Source of the DNA: Octopus sinensis
Taxonomy: Eukaryota
Direction of reading: 5' to 3'
NCBI RefSeq assembly: GCF_006345805.1
Contig: NC_042998.1
Location: forward strand, 177,010,001-177,074,000
Length of the DNA stretch: 64,000 bases
Under the pieces are notes generated by a model. It did not search any database, had not been told where the DNA came from, and was given only the letters and a program-made list of their open reading frames with translations. Position 1 is the first letter of the stretch. Every line of letters starts with the position of its first letter. Below are positions 52,532 to 64,000 of this stretch, piece after piece. Made by a program: the position numbers and the translations under genes.

Positions 52532-53089
52532 GAGTGAGAGAGCAGTTCATGCCATCAAAGTGACACTGGGGTAAAATATACGAAGCCCAATATACCCATC
52601 ATGACTACCCGTCTGATAAAGGTACACCAGGCACATGCATCACAACCATATGTGCGCGACATGGTAATCTCATATCAAGATAAACAGCACATGACCTTGC
52701 AGGTGGGGCCCAGTTAGAATTTTCTTCAGGTTGAGTAGCCCATCCTGCTCAAACGGTCCCTGAATAAGGGTTGCTTTAGGATGTTGAACGAAACACCTAT
52801 GTTTCCAGAGGTGAACCATTCAAACTCCAAAGAATCCCTCTCAACACATGGCCATGATGCTCCCCCACTACTTCTGCTCGTGATCAGAGATGCACATATC
52901 GTCAGCCACTAAGGGACATGCTCAACTGGTTAAGGTCAAACAACTGACAAGCAAATCTGTGGTATTGAGCAGAATATTTGCTGTAGCCCATCTTTTATAC
53001 CAAGACAAAACAATGTACATGATAACACTTCCAATCAGTTAAGATCAGAAGCCATGAGAGCCACTGCCTGGTACTGCATCAGGGCATTT
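52532..53089 (-). mobile_element. ~560-bp non-coding element in (TTA)n, copy 1
   Basis: Three copies share the end GCATCAGGGCATTT; orientation inferred from the polarity of R4 ends in TAA tracts. Confidence 0.8.
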
Positions 53090-53092
53090 ATA

Positions 53093-53150
<58 letters not shown>

Positions 53151-53160
53151 TTATTATTAT

Positions 53161-53292
53161 TCAGTAGTTTTATTTTTATAGCGTGCTTTCGCTTCACTAC
53201 CGAGCACAGCTCTGTGTGCCTTGGGTATGTGCTGTGATTTGTTGTGATGCTCTGATGGTTATTGTATGGAAAGTGTTCTGCGTAGGATGTGT

Positions 53293-53293
<1 letters not shown>
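53161..53293 (-). mobile_element. R4/Dong-like 3' end in (TTA)n
   Basis: Reverse complement of 40809-40940. Confidence 0.85.
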
Positions 53294-53339
<46 letters not shown>

Positions 53340-53470
53340 TTATTTTTTTATTATTATTATTATTACTATTATTATTTTTATTATTATTATATTACTATTA
53401 TTATTATTATTATTATAATATTATTATTATTATATTATTATTATTATTATCATTATTATTTTTATTATTA

Positions 53471-53502
<32 letters not shown>

Positions 53503-53531
53503 TTATCATCATCATCATTCATTATTATATT

Positions 53532-53591
<60 letters not shown>

Positions 53592-54123
53592 GAGGCCATC
53601 AAAATGACACTGGGGTACAAATATACGAACCCAGTATACCCATCATGACTACCCGTCTGATTAGGGTACACCAGGCACATGCATCACAACCATATGTGCA
53701 CGACATGGTGATTTCATATCAAGATAAACAGCACATGACCTTGCAGGTGGGGCCCAGTTAGAATTTTCGTCTGGTCGAGTAACCCGTGCCGCTCAAAAGG
53801 TCCCTGAATAAGGGTTGTTTAAGGATGTTCAACGAAACACCCATGTTTTCAGAGGTGAATTATTCAAACTCCAAAGAATCCCTCTCAACAGATGGCTATG
53901 ATGCTCCCCCACTACTTCTGCTCGTGATCAGAGATGCACATATAGTCAGCCACTAAGGGACATGGTCAACTGGTTAAGGTCAAACAACTGACAAGCAATT
54001 CTGTGGTATTGAGCAGAATATCTGCTGTAGCCCATCTTTTATACCAAAACAATGTACAAGATAACACTTCCAATCAGTTAAGATCAGAAGCCATGAGAGC
54101 CACTGATGGTACTGCATCAGGGC

Positions 54124-54127
<4 letters not shown>
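53592..54127 (-). mobile_element. TTA-embedded element, copy 2
   Basis: Two small deletions and scattered substitutions versus copy 1. Confidence 0.8.
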
Positions 54128-54164
<37 letters not shown>

Positions 54165-54189
54165 TTATTATTATTTTTTATTATTATTA

Positions 54190-54240
<51 letters not shown>

Positions 54241-54265
54241 TATTATTACTATTATTATTTTTATT

Positions 54266-54296
<31 letters not shown>

Positions 54297-54308
54297 TTAT
54301 TATTATTA

Positions 54309-54345
<37 letters not shown>

Positions 54346-54353
54346 CATTATTA

Positions 54354-54405
<52 letters not shown>

Positions 54406-54419
54406 CATCATCATCATCA

Positions 54420-54475
<56 letters not shown>

Positions 54476-55008
54476 GAGGCCATCAAAATGACACTGGGGT
54501 ACAAATATACGAAACCCAGTATACCCATCATGACTACCCGTCTGATTAGGGTACACCAGGCACATGCATCACAACCATATGTGCACGACATGGTGATTTC
54601 ATATCAAGATAAACAGCACATGACCTTGCAGGTGGGGCCCAGTTAGAATTTTCGTCTGGTCGAGTAACCCGTGCCGCTCAAAAGGTCCCTGAATAAGGGT
54701 TGTTTAAGGATGTTCAACGAAACACCCATGTTTTCAGAGGTGAATTATTCAAACTCCAAAGAATCCCTCTCAACAGATGGCTATGATGCTCCCCCACTAC
54801 TTCTGCTCGTGATCAGAGATGCACATATAGTCAGCCACTAAGGGACATGGTCAACTGGTTAAGGTCAAACAACTGACAAGCAATTCTGTGGTATTGAGCA
54901 GAATATCTGCTGTAGCCCATCTTTTATACCAAAACAATGTACAAGATAACACTTCCAATCAGTTAAGATCAGAAGCCATGAGAGCCACTGATGGTACTGC
55001 ATCAGGGC

Positions 55009-55012
<4 letters not shown>
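54476..55012 (-). mobile_element. TTA-embedded element, copy 3
   Basis: Identical to copy 2 by eye except one extra A. Confidence 0.8.
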
Positions 55013-55075
<63 letters not shown>

Positions 55076-55309
55076 ATTATCGTTGTTGTTGTTGTTGCCA
55101 GAGCTGGACGTATATGTCGGAGCTACGTGTGTCTTTTTACCTCTAAAAAGATTGTTATTCTTACATTTTATTGTTATAACTTGTGACGAAGTTAATGTAG
55201 ACCATATTGGCCGGATTAACTGTTTTTTTGTTGTTTTTTTTTTGCCATGCGGGGCGAAAATCACTCGAAAAGAAAATTAATTTTCAATTCAAAATGTGCA
55301 AAATTTAAT

Positions 55310-56650
55310 ATGGCGTCATCGTCTTTATCAGCAAGTCAAAAAGAGATGGAAGTGGGAGGAAATGTAGAACGTGAAATTGTCTTTCGCTATCACTCACCTC
55401 ACTCACTCTAAATGTAAATGATAGTGGTAGTAGCAGGAGGAGTAGCAACAGCAATGATAGCAACAATAACAACCACAGTGGAAGAGAAGTGTCAGGAGTA
55501 ATGAGAATTCGATCAACGAAGCACGAAATATAACAAGCAGCAGCCAATTGTGCAAGGGACATACCGCCACCACCACCACTACCCAAATCAGTGAAATTTC
55601 GAACAAAGAAAGAGAAGGTTCAAATAGAAGTAACGTTTCCTTCGCAAAGGTTACAAATAAGTTTGAAATTATGTTGTAAAGGATAAGGAAGAACATTTAA
55701 AGGAAGCTGAGAAGATTATAAGACGCGAAGAAAGAAAGGCCACACTAAATGTGCTACAAAACCTACTAGAGGCAACCGAAAAAAAGAAAAACCAAAAGAC
55801 AAACAATCATATACAGATATCTGTCCAGGAAAAAAATACCATCAAACCAGGCAGAGCTCTGCCAGGAAAATACATGGTGGGATGTCAGCTTTGTCAGCTA
55901 CACCCCAAAGTTCGGCTACATCAAAGTCATATTCTAATTGGAATCACTAGCACAAAAGCACTCAACTGTCCCATTAAAGACGGGGGAGTTCACTTTAATT
56001 CCCATCTATCGGGGACAGAGAGTGATCCGAATAAAAATAAGTAACATACCACCAGAAATCGATTTCTGGTGGGTAGTACAAAGTCGTGGTGCTGGAAGAT
56101 CCTAGAAGCCTCCTAGAAATCCAAAAATCCCAAAAGTAGAACTGGGTTGGGATAGGGTTGGAAATTCTACTGCAAGTAAAACCAGAAACTGTAGAGAAAA
56201 TGTCCGACCTGATAGAAATCCCTGGAGGCTAGCATCTGCAGGTGATCATAGAAGGAAGAAGGCTGCGATGTTACTCATGTGGCGAATCAGATCACATCAG
56301 AGTCTATTGCTCGAAGGAAAGAAGACAAGGGCGAAAATGAGCCACAGCAACTATTAACGCAACTGCAACGTCAACAACAACAGACACCACAACAAGGGCG
56401 GCAGTAGCAGCCGAGGCAGCAGCAATAACACCAACAGAGACAATTGGACAACAGCATCCACAAAATCCACTACAGCGCCGGCAGCAGCTGCAGCTACGAC
56501 AACGACTGGAGTCGAAACAACTGCATAACGTCAAGCAGAATGCACACCAACAGCAGCAACAACAACCATATCACAAAGAGCAACAATAACGGCAGCAACT
56601 GGGAACTCCCGACCAAAAATATTGACCGTATCATTAACAGTAAAACAACA
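55310..56650 (+). pseudogene. Second, more decayed ORF1/Gag-like RRM + CCHC gene, homologous to 46517-47587
   Basis: FTLIPIYRGQRVIRIKISNIPP, NWVGIGLEILL, VIIEGRRLRCYSCGESDHIRVYC (knuckle 56269-56310); stops and frameshifts. Confidence 0.8.
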
Positions 56651-56651
56651 G

Positions 56652-57275
56652 TATGGTTGCATTCTCATTTTCTGGGATGTGCCTGTACCATCTTTTTTCT
56701 GTTGATATTTCATAATGTTGGCATAGCTTCCTGTGTATATAGATTATAACTCTGTTGTGTCTGAATATATTCCTTTTTAGTCAGGACAGGGCAGCTAGAG
56801 ATATGATTTATTGTTTATTCTCCATCATCATATATTCTGCAGTTACTTGTATTTCTCCGCATGTTTTGGGGGGTTTCTGGTGGGAAGACTTTGATCTTAC
56901 ACTGCAAGTATAAGATCGTTTTATCATGATCTGTTGCTGTTCCAGTTTTAGTTTGGATTTCAGTTGTTTTACAGCTTTTGCTGTTTCTTCTTTTCCTTCA
57001 TTGTTGTTAGGTACTATGATTTCTTTTTTTATTTGTCAGTTTTCTTAAAGACAGAAAACAGTTTTTCTTTTAGTTTTGTTCGTGTTTTGTGGATACTTTT
57101 TAATCAGTTTTCTTGCTTCTGAACTATTTCTGTAATCCGATGGTGGTTATTTTGTAATAGTTTTCTAGCTGAATAAGACCTCTACGACCTTCAATACGTT
57201 GCATGTATATCCTTTCTACGTCAGATTTTGGGTGATACATCTTGAGACGGCTAGAATGTTGATACCTATTATCTT
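56652..57275 (-). mobile_element. R4/Dong-like fragment abutting (TTA)n
   Basis: Minus MYHPKSDVERIYMQRIEGRRGLIQLE, HISSCPVL.KKEY, RWYRHIPENENATIL. Confidence 0.85.
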
Positions 57276-57284
57276 GTTTTTCGG

Positions 57285-57347
<63 letters not shown>

Positions 57348-57692
57348 GTTGTTGTTGTTGTTGTTGTTATTATTATTATAAATCGATAAACAAATAAATT
57401 GGCCCTATTTCGGCAAAGACATCATCTTTTAGCTTGTCTATAAACCAGAATAGAATCCCAATCGAAATAGTTAATAATTAAGTTTTCAGAAGAACAATAA
57501 CAAAATCTACAATAAAAGCTGGTGTTTCTAAATATTTTTACAAATAACAAATCAGAAAACAGCAACAACAACAACAGACAGTATTCAGAAAATTAGATGA
57601 GTAGCTTAAAGAAATTTAATAAACCAACAAGTTTCAATTCTTTAAAATTCCTAGATTCATTGGATGAGAGCTCAATGAGCGAGCGAGTGAGT

Positions 57693-57740
<48 letters not shown>

Positions 57741-58509
57741 CAGACAGACAGACTCTCACACACATACACACAGAAACACGCTCACATAAACACACAATGA
57801 TCTTGTATACATGATTTTTAAAACGAATATTATTTCGGGAAAAATTAAAGCAAATTTTTTTTTCTAAATATACTATGCCAAACGGTGTAAATATAAATAC
57901 TTTGTTCTATTGAGTTTAACAACTAAATTTTCTTTGCTTTTTATTCTATTACATAGTTTTCCAGTTGTGCTGTGCCACTAAAATGCACAATATCAAACAA
58001 AAGTTCAGGTATCTTTATCATCATCATTGTAGTTAAAAATAAAACAATATTTAAATAGAGCGCCAACAGAAAGACTGATTTATTTGATAATATACAAATA
58101 TCTATCTACAGCTGAGAGCAAAAGTTATTTTTAAATGTGGAACGATAAAATGAATATGCGACTTTGTAATAGAATAAATATTGTGCATTAACAATAATGT
58201 AATTCATTATTAGGAATTCAATAGTTTATCTTGAAATTCTCTAGTGGACACCGTAGAGCAATCTCCTGCTGAGATAGCTCCTTGGTGCATGTTCAATTTC
58301 TCGTTGATGCTATTTTCAGTTCATTTTTCCATTGTATTCAGTCAAAAGAATTCAATTATCTAGAAATTCTTAGGTGCTTTGAGAAAAATGAAAAATAATA
58401 TAAAATAAAATAAATAAATGAAGTCCCTTGACTAATAATATAACAAACCCGTTTCTATCCCTCTATTATACTTTAACCTCACATCACCGGCATAAAACCA
58501 CCTCCTTCA

Positions 58510-58752
58510 ATACTATTCCTCCATTCGCGTGAAGAACCTTGTTGGGCAAGTTACTTGGTCACCTCACTAGTGCTGGTACCACGTAAATTTTTTTTTAAAA
58601 GTCGTAAACGATATGTATAGTGGTTGGCGTGAAAGAAAGTTTAGGCATAGAAAGTATGCCGAAGTAGACATTGGAGCTTAGCACAGTCCTCTGCTCACCA
58701 GCTTATGTCGAACAGTCGAAGCCTTGCCAGCATGGAAAGCCGACCGTCAATA
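58510..58752 (+). mobile_element. Old RTE-type 3' UTR / SINE tail fragment
   Basis: CACTAGTGCTGGTACCACGTAA...GTGGTTGGCGTG...GCCAGCATGGAAAG pattern. Confidence 0.5.
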
Positions 58753-59615
58753 GTATCCTAAGCTGTTCTTAAACTAATAAGTCCAATAAAACTTAATAGC
58801 ATGTTATATTTTCAAATTTTTACCCTATTAGTTTAAGTCCTTCTCTCTTTCCCAAGTCAGTATTACCTTTCATTCCTTTGTAGTCAAAGAAATATTTATT
58901 AGTCTTGTACTGTGGTGAATCAACTGACTGCGCTTCTCCTCCATAATTCCTGGCCTTTTGTCAATTTTAGAACATCATTATTGTTATATTTATTGCCCTC
59001 TTTGATATAATATCCATTGAATGCTCTAAAACCCAGAAGATATGTTTATTATATTTGGTCTAGGAAAGGATAAAGAGTTAACCTCTTGGATAAAAATTCA
59101 CAAATTCGCATTTAATCATGAGTCATCTGTCCAGCTTTTGGTAAAACAGTATAACAGTACTGAAGTTTGGATTAATACTCGGCCGTAAAAAGAAAACAAA
59201 ATGTTTTCTCTTTACTGCTTAATTCAAAATACCTGGTTCAGTAGAAACTATTCTTTATAGCTTTTCCTTTTGTTTCTCTCGAAATGTTTTTACTTTCCAT
59301 GTGACTAACAATACTGTTGTATAGTATGGATGTAAAGAGGGTCTTTTTATTATTATGTTGAATGAGAATGTGCCCAGCTGTGTAAAACTATAGGTATTAT
59401 TAACTGTATGGCCTTAATACAAAAAAAATACACTTTTCCCTCATTATGGATTACCATCTAACCATTGTCTCAGATCATTGATTTTACCTAACGAATAACC
59501 AATCTCACTGGATCTAACTGGGCCTATTTGGATACCTCCTCCCTCTCTGGACTTAAGGAACCACAACAACTATCAATGAAGAGAAACTTTTATTCCACTG
59601 TTACACATCTTTAAC

Positions 59616-60065
<450 letters not shown>

Positions 60066-60066
60066 A

Positions 60067-60232
60067 TAAGCGCAGGAGTGGCTGTGTGGTAAGTAGCTTG
60101 CTTAACAACAACATGGTTCCGGGTTCAGTAGCCACTGCGTGGCATCTTGGCCAGGTATCTTCTTCTATAGCCTTGGGCCGACCAAAGCCTAGTGAGTGGA
60201 TTTGGTAGACGGAAACAGAAAGAAGCCAGGCG

Positions 60233-60271
<39 letters not shown>

Positions 60272-60468
60272 TGTGTGTGTGTGGTGTGTGTGTGTGTGGT
60301 GTGTGTGTGTGTATTTGTTCTGTGTGTTTATGTTTCCGTCCCCGTAACTTAGTGGTTCGGCAAAAGAGACCGATAGAATACGTACTGAGCTTACAAAGAA
60401 TCGATTTTCTCGACTAAAGGCAATGCTCAAGCATGGACGCAGTCAATTGACTGAAACAAATAAAAGAA
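60067..60468 (+). mobile_element. SINE B, full length
   Basis: Head GCGCAGGAGTGGCTGTGTGG to tail GACTGAAACAAATAAAAG. Confidence 0.9.
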
Positions 60469-60514
60469 TATATATATATATATATAATATATATATATAT
60501 AATATATATATATA

Positions 60515-61075
60515 TGTAGCAAAGTGAAATTGTAAGGTACCGCACGAGTGGAAATATATATGAAAGAAGGTTTGAAAATGCAATTTTAAAGATGTTTATT
60601 CACTTGACCGGTTTCACTTTTTTAGAAAAAGATTGTCAAAAGTAAAATGTAAAGCTTTGTAAAAGTTTTGTTGTTTTAAGTACTGGTTGTCACAAAATAT
60701 TACAATACATATATACATTCTTTGATAATAATAAGAAAATGTTAAAAACAGTTTATCTAACAGGAAATATCTAGAGAAAATATTAAACAAAATTTTCAAA
60801 AAAATATATTGGGATTTCATTAAAAGTCACGTTTGTTTGGAAGTATCTATATAGAAAGGTATTAGTTCAAAGACAGTCATATTTGGTGGTATATATATAC
60901 ACAGAAGGAGATATATTTATGAGTTTACAAAGAATTGAGATGAACTGACCTGTTTTAGCATTTTTAGCATTTCAGACGCAAACCCCAAAAATGCTAAAAC
61001 AGGTCAGTTCATCTCAAATTCTAAATTCAAGTGAATAAACATCTTTAAAATTGCATTTTCATACCTTCTTCCATT
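60515..61075. mobile_element. Penelope-like remnant with nested inverted repeats
   Basis: Outer 48-bp arms 60560-60607 / 61027-61074 (2 mismatches); inner perfect 31-bp arms 60935-60965 / 60987-61017; half-hammerhead GAAACCGGUC on minus at 60601-60615. Confidence 0.6.
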
Positions 61076-61291
61076 TATATGTGTGTGTGTGTGTGTGTGT
61101 GTGCGCGTGTGTGTGTGTGTGCACGCGTGTGTATGTGTGCTGAGAAGTTAATTATGACTTTATTTAATATATTCCCATCTCAGATTCACACACCTACTGC
61201 TACGGTCCTTCAGTTTTTCTAGGCCCTGTAAAATAAATCGCGATACACTTTAAGCTAGAAACTTTTCAGCACACACACGCACACATACACG

Positions 61292-61335
<44 letters not shown>

Positions 61336-61336
<1 letters not shown>

Positions 61337-61752
61337 TCTTTCTTCTCTTACTTGTTTCAGTCATTTGACTGCGGCCATGCTGGAGCACCGCCTTTAGTCG
61401 AGCAAATCGACCCCGGGACTTATTCTTTGTAAGCCCAGTACTTATTCTATCAGTCTCTTTTGCCGAACCGCTAAGTGACGGGGACGTAAACACACCAGCA
61501 TCGGTTGTCAAGCAATGCTAGGGGGACAAACACAGACACACAAACATATACACACACACTCATATATATATACATATATACGACAGGCTTCTTTCAGTTT
61601 CCGTCTACCAAATCCACACACAAGGCATTGGTCGGCCCGGGGCTATAGCAGAAGACACTTGCCCAAGATGCCACGCAGTGGGACTGAACCCGGAACCATG
61701 TGGTTGGTTACAGGAAATATCTAGAGAAAGGTATTACACAGCCACTCCTGCG

Positions 61753-61754
<2 letters not shown>
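61336..61754 (-). mobile_element. Young SINE B with a foreign 27-nt patch in its head
   Basis: Near-consensus except 61710-61736. Confidence 0.92.
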
Positions 61755-61810
<56 letters not shown>

Positions 61811-62499
61811 AGTTAACTTCAGTTTCGTCCATTACTGGACATATGTGAGGTAGGAGTACTCTTGCAAGTTTTGGGGACACCATATCTGATGATTCTCAAG
61901 CAAGTTTCTTATTACGAGCTGAGATTCGCTTCATTTATGATTGCTGTTGTTTGGGCAAACATCATGTAGTATGAGAGGGAAATATTAGAATGTTGTGAGT
62001 TTCATGCTTTCCCTCAGCGGCATTAACGTTTCCATTAAAGAGAAACTTGCATTAACTGAGATTAACAGCCAGAATCTTGCACCGACATACCTAGCGTTTA
62101 TCTCTTTGCTCTCCAGCGACCGTCGCTCTATTTATTGAAATATAGAATATCTTCGTATCACTATCAACAATAGTAAACTGAAAATTAACTAAATGATAGC
62201 ATTTCATAATAGCTTCGCACATTCAAATTTTGTATTTGTTTTGTTGTCTTCTTGACAGCCAAACAAATAGGAGAAAAAGAGACAAAACTGTACTTGAGGA
62301 AAAAAAAAGTATAATGGAAAAAAAAGAGTATAATAGAAGGAATACAGGCTATTACGAAGTGAGATAGGAAACGAGAATGAGCGGTGAAAGCGTTTGATTA
62401 TAACGGTTTTCAGATTCATTGGAAGTGAGTGATACAATCTGTGGCTTAGATATGCTTTGATGTTGCTGAAACAGCACACAAAAATTCTGCTAGCCTGAA

Positions 62500-62561
62500 T
62501 TATACACACACACACACACATATATATACATATAAATATACATACATGCATATATATATAT

Positions 62562-62593
<32 letters not shown>

Positions 62594-62721
62594 ATATATA
62601 CATACATACATATATATACATATATATACATATATATATATATACATATATATATACATATATATATATATATACATACATATATATATATACATACATA
62701 CATATACATACATATATATAC

Positions 62722-62768
<47 letters not shown>

Positions 62769-62850
62769 TATATACATATACATACATACATACATACATA
62801 CATACATACATACATACATACATGTATATACATATATATACATATATAAT
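62500..62850. repeat. (TA)n/(TACA)n mosaic
   Basis: Direct reading. Confidence 0.95.
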
Positions 62851-63549
62851 TCTCATATATTTATAAACGCATCCTAGAAATAGGGGTTGCTAAGTGCTCT
62901 TTACTGAAAAGAATAGACTATTGCATTAAAAGTTGCCAAAACTGCTTCAATCGACATGTTTTCAATATACATAAAAAAAATTGTTTTTTAGGGAGGAAAA
63001 AAAGCAATAGTATAATTTAGAATTTCATATGGAAAAAATATATATATATATTACTGAAATAAAAGCAACTTGATTGTAAGTGAGTACAGTACAGATAAAA
63101 AAAAAACAAACATTAAAACATTCGTATTGTCTAGCAAAATAGAGCGAGTACTGAGAGGTTTTGAAAATAGCTGGCATCTATTGGAAAAAGGGGTAAATTA
63201 CATCAGGATATCTGTGCATAAACGTTGTGTGTGTGTCTGTGTAAATAATAATAATATGAATATAAAAATAATATGATTAATAATATCTTTCTTAAACATA
63301 TTTCGCCTTACTTTTCTTGCGCGTTAATGCGTTCGTACTACGTATGAATAATTCAGTAATGGAAGTCATTGCAGGATATTTCTCTGAAGGCTCTTACAGC
63401 TTTGCATCTCTCTCTCTCTCTCTCTCTTTCTCCCCTTTCTCTCCCCCCTCTGTCCCTTTGTCCCTCCCTCCCTCCTGTATATTTTTTTTACAAACGAAAG
63501 AAAAGAGCTGACAATACATGATTTAGAGTGTACACACACATGCTTCCAA

Positions 63550-63551
63550 TC

Positions 63552-63582
<31 letters not shown>

Positions 63583-63625
63583 GTGTGTGTGTGTGTGTGT
63601 GAGTGTGTGTGTGTGCGCGTGGGTG

Positions 63626-63667
<42 letters not shown>

Positions 63668-63810
63668 AGCTCGCATATAAACGCACATACACACACCTTC
63701 ACACACACTGGCATACACACACCTTCACACACACTGGCATACACACACCTTCACACACACTGTCATACACACACCTTCACACACACTGTCATACACACAC
63801 GCACACGCGC
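63550..63810. repeat. (TG)/(TA)/(GA) tracts and a ~26-bp CA-rich minisatellite (CACACACCTTCACACACACTG[G/T]CATA)
   Basis: About four units at ~63690-63795. Confidence 0.85.
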
Positions 63811-64000
63811 GCGCAATTTATCCTCTTATCCGGACATGGGTCATTTGTTTCTGATCACAGCATAGCTCCAGACGCGACGAACGCTGCTCCCATCATCAAC
63901 GGTAAACACGAAATGTTCGTGTACAAGAATTAACCCGCTTACATACCACTTGTATGAAAGAAGCGGAAAATTTGGGGCTTTCTATACAGCATCTCTCTCT

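Noticed and set aside
52990-53089. HDV-like or hammerhead ribozyme at the fixed end of the TTA-embedded element
   Set aside because: No P1 partner within range for any candidate G, and the internal CUGACGA has no downstream stem II-GAAA.

Overview
AT-rich, repeat-saturated eukaryotic DNA, most likely from an Octopus-genus cephalopod (inferred from the tRNA-derived SINE families and extreme microsatellite load; no database was consulted). No intact protein-coding gene, tRNA/rRNA gene or CRISPR array is supported. Nearly all long ORFs in the supplied track are microsatellite translations or retroelement remnants. The window holds decayed LINEs (three RTE-clade, CR1/Jockey-like, several R4/Dong-like pieces sitting in triplet microsatellites), Penelope-like remnants carrying minimal hammerhead-ribozyme motifs, many SINEs (my working labels A1/A2, B, C/C2, D), hAT and Tc1/mariner MITEs and remnants, and Helitrons. 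Best leads: (1) a TSD-flanked 2.3-kb retroelement encoding only an RRM-like + CCHC ORF1/Gag-like protein, with a divergent relative 9 kb away; (2) hammerhead motifs with compensatory stem changes, including an inverted pair; (3) a four-unit SINE array inside a single TSD, implying self-targeted insertion; (4) a ~560-bp (TAA)n-embedded element with a fixed end and no obvious Pol III head; (5) a run of phase-compatible exon-like segments suggesting a decayed multi-exon gene; (6) a two-donor templated insertion. Element boundaries are approximate unless a TSD/TIR is quoted.
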